Positions 53,957 through 63,064 of a stretch of 64,000 nt of DNA are shown in pieces; position 1 is the stretch's first letter, and every line of letters begins with the position of its first letter. A model generated the notes under the pieces. It was given only the letters and a program-made list of their open reading frames with translations, searched no databases and was not told the DNA's origin. Both the position numbers and the translations under genes were made by a program. Location of the stretch: positions 102,913-166,912 of IMG/VR virus record IMGVR_UViG_3300032295_003840, one strand, 5' to 3'. Source of the DNA: a virus (lineage: Duplodnaviria > Caudoviricetes).

Positions 53957-54928
53957 CTAAGATTTTGGCTTGGCATGCGGGTGCTCGGGGCGTGGCCCTG
54001 GCTTGTTGAATACCCGATCCAGTATCTCGGGCGGAATGTGGTGTACATCCTTTTTATGCAGTTTTACTTCGTCGGCATCTACTTCTTCCTGCACTTCTTC
54101 ATACTGGAATACTGCAGGTGTGGTGTCAGGCATGATGACGTCGGCTTGAGTCACAGGCGTGGCGGTATTGAGTACGCGCTGGCGTTCCATGAGGCTCATG
54201 TTGCCTGCAATGACCAGCAGGATAGCCATGGGATCGAATACAAAGATTAAACACATGATGATGAGCCGTACTGCCTTGCCAATCATGTCTTCATTGCTCT
54301 CACCATAGATTAGCTCAGCCACATACTTGATGGGACCTACTTCAGCTTCAATCTTCCGGACATCTTGCGCCACTGGAGCGCGCTCCTCATTAAGCTGACC
54401 AATAGTTTTCTGGTAGGCTTGGATTTCCGTCTGTAGGCGATCACGCTCTTTCTGTTGTGAGCGCCGAATACTAACTGCCCTTTCCGCACCCTTTTCTGAG
54501 TCACTGCGGCCCATGACCTGATCCACAGCCTCATCGAGCTGTTTAAGCGCCTTGCGATTGGCATCGATGTTCTCCCTCTGAGTTTGAATCTTCTCGTCAA
54601 TGATGGATAGCTGGCCAACACTCTGACCTGTGACCGCGGCCTGGTCTAGGTGTGCTTTCGATAGGTAACCAAAAATGCCCAGGCTCGTAATGATGCTAAG
54701 AATAACAACTGCGGCAGTAAAATAATAGCGGAGAATACCAGGAGCGGTGCTCCAATTACGATATATCCAGCTGGCCGCAACCAATTTAGCAAGTTCAAGA
54801 CTACCTCCCATTAATCCAGTGGCCAGAGGCGCACTACTAAAAATACTGATCAAACCAGCGACACTGAACCAGGCGGCACAGGCGCTGACTGCAAAGGCGC
54901 TGAAGAAAAGTAGTCCTATGAATATCAT
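53957..54928 (-). CDS. Multi-TM, coiled-coil phage membrane protein
   Basis: FSVAGL, LELAKLVAASW, TSLGIFGYLSKAH, coiled coil, AEVGPIKYVAELIYG, VFDPMA. Confidence 0.85.
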   Translation of the reverse strand: MIFIGLLFFSAFAVSACAAWFSVAGLISIFSSAPLATGLMGGSLELAKLVAASWIYRNWSTAPGILRYYFTAAVVILSIITSLGIFGYLSKAHLDQAAVTGQSVGQLSIIDEKIQTQRENIDANRKALKQLDEAVDQVMGRSDSEKGAERAVSIRRSQQKERDRLQTEIQAYQKTIGQLNEERAPVAQDVRKIEAEVGPIKYVAELIYGESNEDMIGKAVRLIIMCLIFVFDPMAILLVIAGNMSLMERQRVLNTATPVTQADVIMPDTTPAVFQYEEVQEEVDADEVKLHKKDVHHIPPEILDRVFNKPGPRPEHPHAKPKS

Positions 54929-55320
54929 AATTTTAAATGTCGTCGATGTGTTCGAACCATGATCCAGTTATTATAAAAATCATTGGGATGACGCAGCACA
55001 TCGAGATCAAATTGAACCTTGGCTTCCATGTAGTTACATTCACCCTTGCTAGGACATAAGTATAGTATGACTCTGTGAAAATTGTCAATGCCTGACTTTT
55101 CGATGTCAGCCTTGAGCTCGTCGTTGCTGCCCCAGTAGTCACGCCAATCGGATTCCACCAGGCTGCGTTTCTTTTTACCCTTGACTTGTCGAGTCTTTCG
55201 GTTCCAGAAAAGTTTCTTGCCTATGTAGCGTCGGCCTGTGATGAGATTGGTAATGCAGTAGACGAAGCCATAGTCCCCATCGCCAGGACCAGTAAATTCA
55301 TTGTCTTGATATGACCACAT
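54925..55320 (-). CDS. GIY-YIG nuclease-family protein
   Basis: YGFVYCITN..GRRYIGKK, ESDWRDYWGS, F.R.IL, Y.EAK.QF, FYN; likely start MWSYQ at 55320. Confidence 0.85.
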   Translation of the reverse strand: MWSYQDNEFTGPGDGDYGFVYCITNLITGRRYIGKKLFWNRKTRQVKGKKKRSLVESDWRDYWGSNDELKADIEKSGIDNFHRVILYLCPSKGECNYMEAKVQFDLDVLRHPNDFYNNWIMVRTHRRHLKL

Positions 55321-55355
55321 CAGATACTCCCGTATAATAGGAATATCTATCGACG

Positions 55356-55514
55356 TTATTCTTCGTCTTCTTCCTGGTCGAAGCTTTCTTCTTCCTCGAG
55401 TTCTGTTCCACAAAAAGGACAGGTCTTGACCTGATAATAGTCGGCATCCAGGTCGTGTATGATTTTAAATACTGCGTCACAGCTATAGCACTCTATGTGT
55501 TTCTTAGTCCCCAT
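55356..55514 (-). CDS. Small zinc-ribbon protein with acidic tail (52 aa)
   Basis: Hand translation MGTKKHIECYSCDAVFKIIHDLDADYYQVKTCPFCGTELEEEESFDQEEDEE*. Confidence 0.8.
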   Translation of the reverse strand: MGTKKHIECYSCDAVFKIIHDLDADYYQVKTCPFCGTELEEEESFDQEEDEE

Positions 55515-55950
55515 TTTCCTTTTCTACTTTTTCTATGTGAACGCCGCCCTGTTGTAAAAATTTAATGCCGGCATCATCGCGATACACATCACGATAGTAT
55601 ACATGGCTTATTCCCGATACCAGTATAAGTTTGGCGCATTGTGCGCAGGGCGCGTGGGTTATAAACATGCTGGCGCCTTCGCCACTCTCATGACTGCGTG
55701 CCAGCTTGGCAATGGCATTCTCCTCGGCATGAATAACCTCGGGCTTGGTTACCAGATCGACTCTGCCCACGGGCTGATGTATTTCATGCTCGCAGTTATT
55801 GTCCCAGCCTGCTGGAGTACCATTATATCCAATACTTATAATTCTGTCATCTTTGACGACTACTGCACCAACCTTGAGACGACGAGCATGACTGAGTTCA
55901 GCGTACCTGGCTGCAACATCCAGGTGAGCTTGGAGTATATTTGCTTTCAA
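55504..55950 (-). CDS. cd: dCMP deaminase
   Basis: KVGAVVV, GYNGTP, HAEENAI, THAPCAQCAK; start uncertain (TTG 55950 chosen). Confidence 0.93.
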   Translation of the reverse strand: MKANILQAHLDVAARYAELSHARRLKVGAVVVKDDRIISIGYNGTPAGWDNNCEHEIHQPVGRVDLVTKPEVIHAEENAIAKLARSHESGEGASMFITHAPCAQCAKLILVSGISHVYYRDVYRDDAGIKFLQQGGVHIEKVEKENGD

Positions 55951-56113
55951 CGATTTTTTCCCATTTAGGAGGATCCAGAGGACACTCCTGATCTTTAAAA
56001 CTGGTCTTGGCTGGCATGAAGCAACCACAGACCGTGCATTGTTTTGTCATGGCGCGATAGTGTTCGCAGCTACGACAAATCTCCATGCGCTCTTTGCTGT
56101 ACTGAGTAAACAT
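55898..56113 (-). CDS. Small Cys-rich protein (DUF6171-like)
   Basis: R..IC.SCEH, C.VCGCFM.AK, CP...KW. Confidence 0.75.
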   Translation of the reverse strand: MFTQYSKERMEICRSCEHYRAMTKQCTVCGCFMPAKTSFKDQECPLDPPKWEKIVESKYTPSSPGCCSQVR

Positions 56114-57063
56114 TACCAGACAAAATTCTTTTGATAGTAGTCCACAATACCTGGCAACTCATCTTTAAAAACTCTGCGTGGCTGCCAGCCCAGAGACTTT
56201 AATTTTAGATCATCGATGCTGTAGCGTACATCGGCGCCGGCTCGCTGGTAATCAAAGTCTATGTGATCCTCATGATCAGTGGTCAGCATCATGTTGTCGA
56301 TGATCTGATGTACCACGTCCAGGTTGCTGGTTTCATAGTTGCCACTGATGTTGTAGATCTCGTTTACCACACCTGCATTGATGATGTGTACAATGGCATC
56401 CGCAGTATCTTCGACATGCAGCCAGGTGCGGCGCGGCGTACCGTTCATGTGCAGAGGCACCTGACGACCCAGACTCAGATATTTAACTGTCTTGGGTATG
56501 AGCTTTTCTGTGTACTGTCCTATGCCATAGTTGTTGGTAGGCCGCACAATGACCCAGGGCACATTGTAGGTACGAGCCCAGGCACTGATCAGCATGTCGG
56601 CTGCTGCCTTGGTGGCACTGTAGGGGTTACTGGGCTTCAATAACTGTGTCTCGGTAAAGCTGCCAGTGTCAATGTCGCCATAGACTTCGTCGGTGCTGAA
56701 GTGCAGCAGTATGGGCTTGCGTCCTGTGCTGTGACGCAGCAATTCCAGTAGATTGTGTACGCCGTCGATGTTGCTGCGTACAAAGTCTGCACTCTTTTCT
56801 ATGCTGTTGTCTACATGAGTCTCGGCCGCAGTATTGATGATGTAATCACAATACAGGATCTTCTTCATGTCATTGATGTCAATTTGCTCAAAACGAAATC
56901 TGTCATAGCTCTGTAGCTTGGGCAGCAGAGCCCAGTTGGCAGCATAGGTGCCTTTGTCAATACCATACACATACCAGCCAGCATCCAGACATCTGCGGGC
57001 CACATGATAGCCAATGAATCCCAGACAGCCTGTAACATAGACAACCTTGATATCATCCATCAA
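56113..57063 (-). CDS. rfbB: dTDP-glucose 4,6-dehydratase-like enzyme
   Basis: VTGCLGFIG, AAETHVDNSI, STDEVYG, PSNPYSATKAAAD, NNYG..Q..EKLIP, R.WLHVED. Confidence 0.9.
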   Translation of the reverse strand: MMDDIKVVYVTGCLGFIGYHVARRCLDAGWYVYGIDKGTYAANWALLPKLQSYDRFRFEQIDINDMKKILYCDYIINTAAETHVDNSIEKSADFVRSNIDGVHNLLELLRHSTGRKPILLHFSTDEVYGDIDTGSFTETQLLKPSNPYSATKAAADMLISAWARTYNVPWVIVRPTNNYGIGQYTEKLIPKTVKYLSLGRQVPLHMNGTPRRTWLHVEDTADAIVHIINAGVVNEIYNISGNYETSNLDVVHQIIDNMMLTTDHEDHIDFDYQRAGADVRYSIDDLKLKSLGWQPRRVFKDELPGIVDYYQKNFVW

Positions 57064-57866
57064 TATTTCTCCACACTTTGTTGTAACCCCAGTAGGTCCA
57101 AATTCAAACTAGCCAATCGTTCACCGCTACCAGTATAATTTAGTTCACTGGTACTGTCAATTGTAAAGCTGTCATAGCCAATACCGCGTACATTGCACAC
57201 CAACTTGAGCATGCCAGACAATTTAACCTTGTTGGCGTATACACAGTTTACATCGCGCGACCATTTAAGTCTGTGATGATTTTCTTTGCTGTAATAACTG
57301 ACCACGGTATATAGATCATCGATGCCAAAGAAATCAAAGTAACGATCATTGATGATGCGAAACTGTTGTTCACTGTTTAAAAATCTGGCAATCAGACGAC
57401 TGGGTTGCTCACCAGTACCAAAGCAATTAAAGATACGCAGATGATAGAAATTTTCTCGTTCCTGGCACAGACGCCCCTTGAGGTTTTGTCCAAAGCCATA
57501 GCTGTCTGCTGGCCAGCGACGAAATAATTCCGACTCCAGGACATTGTCAATGTTCAGACTACGATCAAATTCTGCTCCGCTGCCTGTGTCAATGAATCTA
57601 CCCAACAGATGTGCATTGTGGTAGAAGTTCATGAAGATGCCCACGTTGTTATGAGCATCGGCCACGTTGCCATTGTTGGTCATTACAGCCGCGGCATTGA
57701 TGACGATGTCTGGGCGATTATTCTCTAACCAGTTTTTTACCGCCGCAGGATTCAACAGATCCAGTACATCGCGATTAAGACACAGTACCTGGTTTCCAGC
57801 TTCTTGGAATCTTTGTGCTAGGTTACGCCCAACAAATCCTCGACTGCCCAGTATAGCTATCTTCAT
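57060..57866 (-). CDS. NAD-dependent epimerase/reductase
   Basis: ILGSRGFVG, GSGAEFD, LRIFNCFG; the catalytic motif reads YGFGQ rather than YxxxK. Confidence 0.8.
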   Translation of the reverse strand: MKIAILGSRGFVGRNLAQRFQEAGNQVLCLNRDVLDLLNPAAVKNWLENNRPDIVINAAAVMTNNGNVADAHNNVGIFMNFYHNAHLLGRFIDTGSGAEFDRSLNIDNVLESELFRRWPADSYGFGQNLKGRLCQERENFYHLRIFNCFGTGEQPSRLIARFLNSEQQFRIINDRYFDFFGIDDLYTVVSYYSKENHHRLKWSRDVNCVYANKVKLSGMLKLVCNVRGIGYDSFTIDSTSELNYTGSGERLASLNLDLLGLQQSVEKY

Positions 57867-58759
57867 TGTTTAACTCCTACAATGGCATAGGCTGGACTAA
57901 AATCCTTGTACACACTGTCATATCTTAGATCAAAGGTCTGCAGAGGTCTGACGTTGTTGCGTTGCATCAGCGCTGTCAAACTGTTGACATAAAAAATATT
58001 GATATGCTCGTGAAAATGCAGCATTTGTTTGGTATCGGCATGATTTTCTACCATGGCGGTTTCATTGGGTACTTCAAGATACAACAAACCACCGGGTTTG
58101 AGATAACGCAGCATATCCTGTACCAGGTCATTGGGCCAGCTTACATGCTCCAAGGTATGACAACAGGTCACCAGATCCACGGGTTCGCAGTCTTCTGGAC
58201 TGGCTACAGGAACTACACCATCTACAAAATTCCGTTCTTCAATCTCTACTACATGACGACGAATGTTTTTAAATTCATCGGGTATATATTGTCCCAGATC
58301 TCCACCATAGTCCAGCACCGATGTTATGGCATTGACATCGGTGTATCGAGCAATACAACGCATCACTGAATCTTTTCTTACTTCCTTGTAGGTCGAATTC
58401 TCATAGGCCAAGGCCAATTTAAACCAGTCATTCCCTTCGGTTCGTCGGCGATGAAATACATAGCTTCCGTGCTGACGGCCGCCGGCTGATGGTTGAATGA
58501 GCATGTAGTCTTCATAATAACGCTGCATTTGCTCATCGGTAAATCTAAATGCCGTGGCAATGTAACCACAATCTCGGCACTGTATTGCCTGCGTCAACCA
58601 TTTGTCTAGCTGCACACGATCCAGCATTCTTTCCATGACAAATGCTGCCATGGTAGCGTCAGCAACAATGGTATTTTTGCTGCCACAGCAACTACAATCA
58701 TAGTGCTGTGGAATAGATTTAGCTTGTTCAGAAACTCGCTGGTCAACATAGGCTTTCAT
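57863..58759 (-). CDS. Class I SAM methyltransferase with N-terminal Cys motifs
   Basis: CSCCGS, CRDCG, VLDYGGDLG, HTLEHV, LKPGG.LYLEVP, HEHIN.F. Confidence 0.85.
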   Translation of the reverse strand: MKAYVDQRVSEQAKSIPQHYDCSCCGSKNTIVADATMAAFVMERMLDRVQLDKWLTQAIQCRDCGYIATAFRFTDEQMQRYYEDYMLIQPSAGGRQHGSYVFHRRRTEGNDWFKLALAYENSTYKEVRKDSVMRCIARYTDVNAITSVLDYGGDLGQYIPDEFKNIRRHVVEIEERNFVDGVVPVASPEDCEPVDLVTCCHTLEHVSWPNDLVQDMLRYLKPGGLLYLEVPNETAMVENHADTKQMLHFHEHINIFYVNSLTALMQRNNVRPLQTFDLRYDSVYKDFSPAYAIVGVKQ

Positions 58760-60531
58760 AGTTTAACAATCATCTCTCTGTCAAGCTCGGCCTGACTTAG
58801 GAACGGTGCCATGTCGTGCAAGGTACCCTGGGCGCCGTCGGGTTTAATGGCCTGTGCAGGCAAGACATCCAGGAAGTTCTGGCTCATGAATTCTACAATC
58901 ACAGGATAGTTTTTACGCATCAGTCCTGGCATATGCAGATCTAGTTGTTCATTGCTATCGACCTTGTAGTAGGCCAAGTCAAAGGCAGCAGCCACCTTGG
59001 CAATGTCGGCAAAGTAGACTCCTGTGCTGGCACTGACGCCCCAACGACGACTGCCAAAGAATTTATCCTGTGTCTGTTTAATGCTCATGTAGCCATCGTT
59101 GTTGACGACAAAAATCTTTACTGGTATGTTGTACTGTTTAATCACAGCCAGTTCCTGCATGTTGGTATAGAAGCTACCTTCGCCTATGACTACCACAATG
59201 TTTAGATCAGGATCGGCAAAATGTGTACCAACACTGGCAGGTATGGCATAACCCATGTCGCCCTGCGCAGCCTGCGCCAGGTAACGACAGTTGGGTTGGT
59301 ATTTACCATTGGTGCTCAAAATGTAGCAGGGCTGTCCTGCGTCTACAATGAAGCAGTCCTTGGGCGACATGTTGCGATTTATACTCTCTACAATTTCGTA
59401 GAGATTCAATCCACCTTCATCGGATCTGTGCACTGTCTCGTTGTAGATGGGCCAGAGTTCCTTCCAATGCAGACATTGCTGACTCCAGTCTGTAGCGCGA
59501 TATCGTTTAGGATAGGTCTTGGCTATGTCGAAGAATTCGTTGACGTCGCCAACAATGGGCATGTCTACTTTGAAGATATCCTTGCCTAATTCATTGGCGT
59601 CAATGTCAATCATGATCTTCTTGCTGGCTGGGCTGAATGACTTGGCATCATAGCCAATATGAGTCACATTCATGCTACAACCCAGAATGATCAGACAGTC
59701 CGCATTCTGTAGAGCAAAGTTGGCGCAGCGATTACCTTTGATGCCCATCATGCCCAGATTCTGGGGATGATCATATTCAATGAGATCACGACTCAGGAAT
59801 GTTGTGACAAATGGAATATGATGTGCGTCGACAAATTCGCGCAACTGATGACGTGCCTTGGCCAGGTTAATACCATTGCCTGCCACAATTACAGGGCGCT
59901 GGGATTTTGCCATGACGTCTATGGCAACATGAAATGCCTTGTAGTTGGTGCTCTGTGCTTCCTTGGGTGGCACAAACTGCTGATAGGCCACGGGTATTTC
60001 TGCGGACTGCAGATTGCCTGGAATGTCGATCCATACTGGACCAGGACGACCCTGTTGTGCTGTCCAGATGGCTCGTTCCAATTCATAGGGTACACGATCT
60101 GCACGTTCTATGGCCACGGCATACTTGGTTAAATGTTCTACAGTACGATGTGCATCCAGATCCTGTATGCCATACTTTCTAATGTTGATGTTCTTTTCGC
60201 GATTGATATACTTGGCCTGATTGCTCATGGCAGTGTTGCCGCTGATGAACAGCACTGGTGCGCTTTCCTCCCAGGCATTGAGCAGGCTAGTCATGGCATT
60301 GGTTACACCACAGCCTGCGGTAACATTGCACACACTGATGGCATTGGTGACACGAGCCGCGCCTACTGCGGCATGGCCTGCACCCTGCTCATGATGAAAT
60401 GCCACAAACTCAATGTCAGGGTGGCTAATAAATCCGTCGTTGATGCCAGCAGTGCTGCCACCCACCAGTCCATAGACCTGACGTATTCCTAGCTCGTGCA
60501 GACGTTTGGCGATATAATCACAGACACGCAT
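58756..60531 (-). CDS. ThDP-dependent enzyme (acetolactate synthase-like; YerE-like context)
   Basis: HHEQGAGHAA, GRPGPVWIDIP, G.MGYAIPA, GEGSF...VVNNDGY (ThDP-binding motif), SIKQTQ. Confidence 0.9.
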   Translation of the reverse strand: MRVCDYIAKRLHELGIRQVYGLVGGSTAGINDGFISHPDIEFVAFHHEQGAGHAAVGAARVTNAISVCNVTAGCGVTNAMTSLLNAWEESAPVLFISGNTAMSNQAKYINREKNINIRKYGIQDLDAHRTVEHLTKYAVAIERADRVPYELERAIWTAQQGRPGPVWIDIPGNLQSAEIPVAYQQFVPPKEAQSTNYKAFHVAIDVMAKSQRPVIVAGNGINLAKARHQLREFVDAHHIPFVTTFLSRDLIEYDHPQNLGMMGIKGNRCANFALQNADCLIILGCSMNVTHIGYDAKSFSPASKKIMIDIDANELGKDIFKVDMPIVGDVNEFFDIAKTYPKRYRATDWSQQCLHWKELWPIYNETVHRSDEGGLNLYEIVESINRNMSPKDCFIVDAGQPCYILSTNGKYQPNCRYLAQAAQGDMGYAIPASVGTHFADPDLNIVVVIGEGSFYTNMQELAVIKQYNIPVKIFVVNNDGYMSIKQTQDKFFGSRRWGVSASTGVYFADIAKVAAAFDLAYYKVDSNEQLDLHMPGLMRKNYPVIVEFMSQNFLDVLPAQAIKPDGAQGTLHDMAPFLSQAELDREMIVKL

Positions 60532-61552
60532 ACTGCTCCTTGAAATTCTTCATTAAGTTGGTTATTTCCGTGACCAGATTGTCATCATTGACCAATCCAA
60601 TCTTTTCAATTTTACCCAGTTTGGGCATGATGATGTTGACCTTGCCTGCGGTGTTCTTCTTGTCATGGTTCATGGCTTTGATGACTGCATCAATGTCAAT
60701 GTTGATACGCAGATAATCAGCATATAGATGACTCAGTATACCATGATAGCGTGCAAAGTTATCACCTCCGTGCAATTGATCGCTGTATAGATTGGCAATG
60801 TCCATGCCCATGGCTACGGCTATGCCGTGTGGTATGGCATAGTCAGTGGCACTCTCTATGGCATGGCCGAAGCAATGTCCATAGTTTAGCAGATTTCTGG
60901 GCCCTTTGTCAAATTCATCTTCTTCAATATATCTGCGCTTGATCATCAGAGCATCGCGCAAGGCACCATCCAGGTCCTGCAGGTTTTGTTCGATCAACGC
61001 AGGCTCATAACCAGCAATGATCATGAGCTTGACAATCTCTGCAGTACCACTGCGTATATCGGATTGACTCAGAGTGGTTAAAAAGTTTCGATTAATTGTA
61101 ACCACCTTGGGTGGATAAAAGGTACCCAGCAGATTTTTATGTTTGCCAAAATTAATAGAGCTTTTACTGCCAATACAGCTGTCGGCCTGCGCCAGCAGAG
61201 TGGTAGGAACAAACGTCCACTCAATGCCTCGCATATAAGTGCTGGCTATCCAACAGCCTATGTCCTGTGTAATTCCGCCGCCAATTACCACCAAGCGGCT
61301 GTCGCGACGCAGACGCATATCGATTAGACGGTCAACCAGAGTAATGATGTTGCGATATTCTTTTTGTGTTTCCGTGGCATCAATGACCACTAGATTGGGC
61401 ACCCAACCTCCCAGATGTTCCAGCACATTGGCATCCACCAAAAAATGTGTACCCATGCTGGCATAGTCTTTGAACGTCATGTCATGATTAAAATCTACAC
61501 GATATGAACCACCCGTGGCTCGTTGGCTTTCAATATGAAAATGATCAAGCAC
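60518..61552 (-). CDS. AroB-related sugar-phosphate cyclase (3-dehydroquinate synthase family)
   Basis: IGGGITQD, PTTLLAQADSCIGSKSSIN, KNLLGTFYPP, LNYGHCFGHAIE, HGIAV, DKKN. Confidence 0.85.
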   Translation of the reverse strand: MLDHFHIESQRATGGSYRVDFNHDMTFKDYASMGTHFLVDANVLEHLGGWVPNLVVIDATETQKEYRNIITLVDRLIDMRLRRDSRLVVIGGGITQDIGCWIASTYMRGIEWTFVPTTLLAQADSCIGSKSSINFGKHKNLLGTFYPPKVVTINRNFLTTLSQSDIRSGTAEIVKLMIIAGYEPALIEQNLQDLDGALRDALMIKRRYIEEDEFDKGPRNLLNYGHCFGHAIESATDYAIPHGIAVAMGMDIANLYSDQLHGGDNFARYHGILSHLYADYLRINIDIDAVIKAMNHDKKNTAGKVNIIMPKLGKIEKIGLVNDDNLVTEITNLMKNFKEQYACL

Positions 61553-62246
61553 TGGTAAATCCTCCGTCTATGACAATGTTCTGTCCTGTAATATATTGAC
61601 TATGCACCAGGTTATACACAGCATTGGCTATCTCACGTGGATTGGCCAGACGACGCATGGGCACACGCTCCAGTATCTTTTCAATGCCAACCTCACCTAA
61701 ATTCTGTCTGGTTAAATCGGTATCAACGAAACCTGGACTGATGCAGTTCACGCAAATGCCATGCACACCAAACTCAGCAGCCATGGCCTTGGTCATGCCT
61801 TCCAGAGCAAACTTGTTGGCACTGTAGGCAGCCCGACCAGTTTTACTGATGCGACTCCACACACTGGCTATGTTGACGATGTGACCGCTTCCACGCTCCA
61901 TCATGCCTGGCAGCACTGCCTGACTAAGTCTGAAGGGAGCATAGACATTGACACTGTGCTGCTCCATCCAGTCTTTTCTGGTGATGTTCTGAAAATTGCG
62001 TATATGATTTATTCCAGCATTGTTGATCAACACATCAATGTCCAGATTCAGAATCTGATGTGCCAACCAATCAACATCGGCTTCGTCGGTAAAGTCGGCC
62101 TGATAGTATTCATCCAGATAGGGTTGTGTGGGTATGAATGTCGTTGGCATGGTACCTGTGCCTATGACATAGTGGTTGTATTCGTCGAAGTATTGGGCGA
62201 TGGCCTGCCCAATACCCCGAGTAGCGCCTGTTACCAGTACGCGCAT
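61545..62246 (-). CDS. Short-chain dehydrogenase/reductase
   Basis: TGATRGIG, LINNAG, YSANK (YxxxK), PGFVDT, ITGQ..IDGG. Confidence 0.93.
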   Translation of the reverse strand: MRVLVTGATRGIGQAIAQYFDEYNHYVIGTGTMPTTFIPTQPYLDEYYQADFTDEADVDWLAHQILNLDIDVLINNAGINHIRNFQNITRKDWMEQHSVNVYAPFRLSQAVLPGMMERGSGHIVNIASVWSRISKTGRAAYSANKFALEGMTKAMAAEFGVHGICVNCISPGFVDTDLTRQNLGEVGIEKILERVPMRRLANPREIANAVYNLVHSQYITGQNIVIDGGFTSA

Positions 62247-63049
62247 TACTGCCCCGACAGAACCTTCCAGCGCGCATCCAACATCTGAATGCGCTTGTCA
62301 TCCTCGGTATGAATAGCACCATAGTAGTCACGTTTGTTCTGTAGCCATAGCAATTCAAAGTGTACGGCATTCAGCAGGCCCTGACTAATGCTGGGCACCT
62401 CAACAGCACCGCCATCAAAGACTACCTTGCGTGTCTCAAATCTAGATAATTTTACTGCGCGAATTTCTTTGAGTACCTGAACACTGTCAGAACTAACACC
62501 GCCACCAACAACGATGTCCTGATTGTGCTCCTTGGCCATTTCAGCTACCTTGATGACACATTCAGTTACCTTGGGCAGATTGATGTCATCACGACTCCAA
62601 CCGCTGTGACTCATGCTAAAGTCAACACGACCAAACACTACACCGTTGACACCGCCCTGTACCTTGGCCTGTTCAAACATGCCCCAGCGATTGTCATAGC
62701 CTGTCTCGGTCTCCATGTTGTAGAGAAATTCCGTGTCCTGTTGTTCATCGATGCCATAGACTTTATTCTTGGAATCAATGAACTTCCACAGAGCATAGGG
62801 AGTTTCAATCATGGGACCAATGACATAGTCCACTCCAATCTGCTTGGCAACCATGAGATCGGTCATGGCTTCGCAGCCACCAATCTTCAGAGCCAGTTTG
62901 AGATCGGCCCTGCGCGCCAGTTCAACCAGACGCAGCAATTCATCTACACGAGTTCCTTCGGCCTCAAATTCTGCTTTGCAGGCCACGTAGCCAAACTCGT
63001 CGCGGCCACGTTTTAGTAAATCCAACATCTTTCTTTCTTTTGTGTTCAT
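62246..63049 (-). CDS. HpcH/citrate-lyase-like aldolase family protein
   Basis: [34 protein letters not shown]. Confidence 0.7.
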   Translation of the reverse strand: MNTKERKMLDLLKRGRDEFGYVACKAEFEAEGTRVDELLRLVELARRADLKLALKIGGCEAMTDLMVAKQIGVDYVIGPMIETPYALWKFIDSKNKVYGIDEQQDTEFLYNMETETGYDNRWGMFEQAKVQGGVNGVVFGRVDFSMSHSGWSRDDINLPKVTECVIKVAEMAKEHNQDIVVGGGVSSDSVQVLKEIRAVKLSRFETRKVVFDGGAVEVPSISQGLLNAVHFELLWLQNKRDYYGAIHTEDDKRIQMLDARWKVLSGQ

Positions 63050-63064
63050 ATCACTTTCCTTTGT

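Noticed and set aside
51716-55320. HNH and GIY-YIG genes as mobile homing elements
   Set aside because: They are short, free-standing, lack obvious long DNA-binding extensions and interrupt nothing; mobility cannot be supported from the sequence.
58756-61552. ilvB and aroB as amino-acid biosynthesis auxiliary genes
   Set aside because: Both are embedded in an NDP-sugar operon, the AroB motif is divergent, and no other ilv or aro genes are present.
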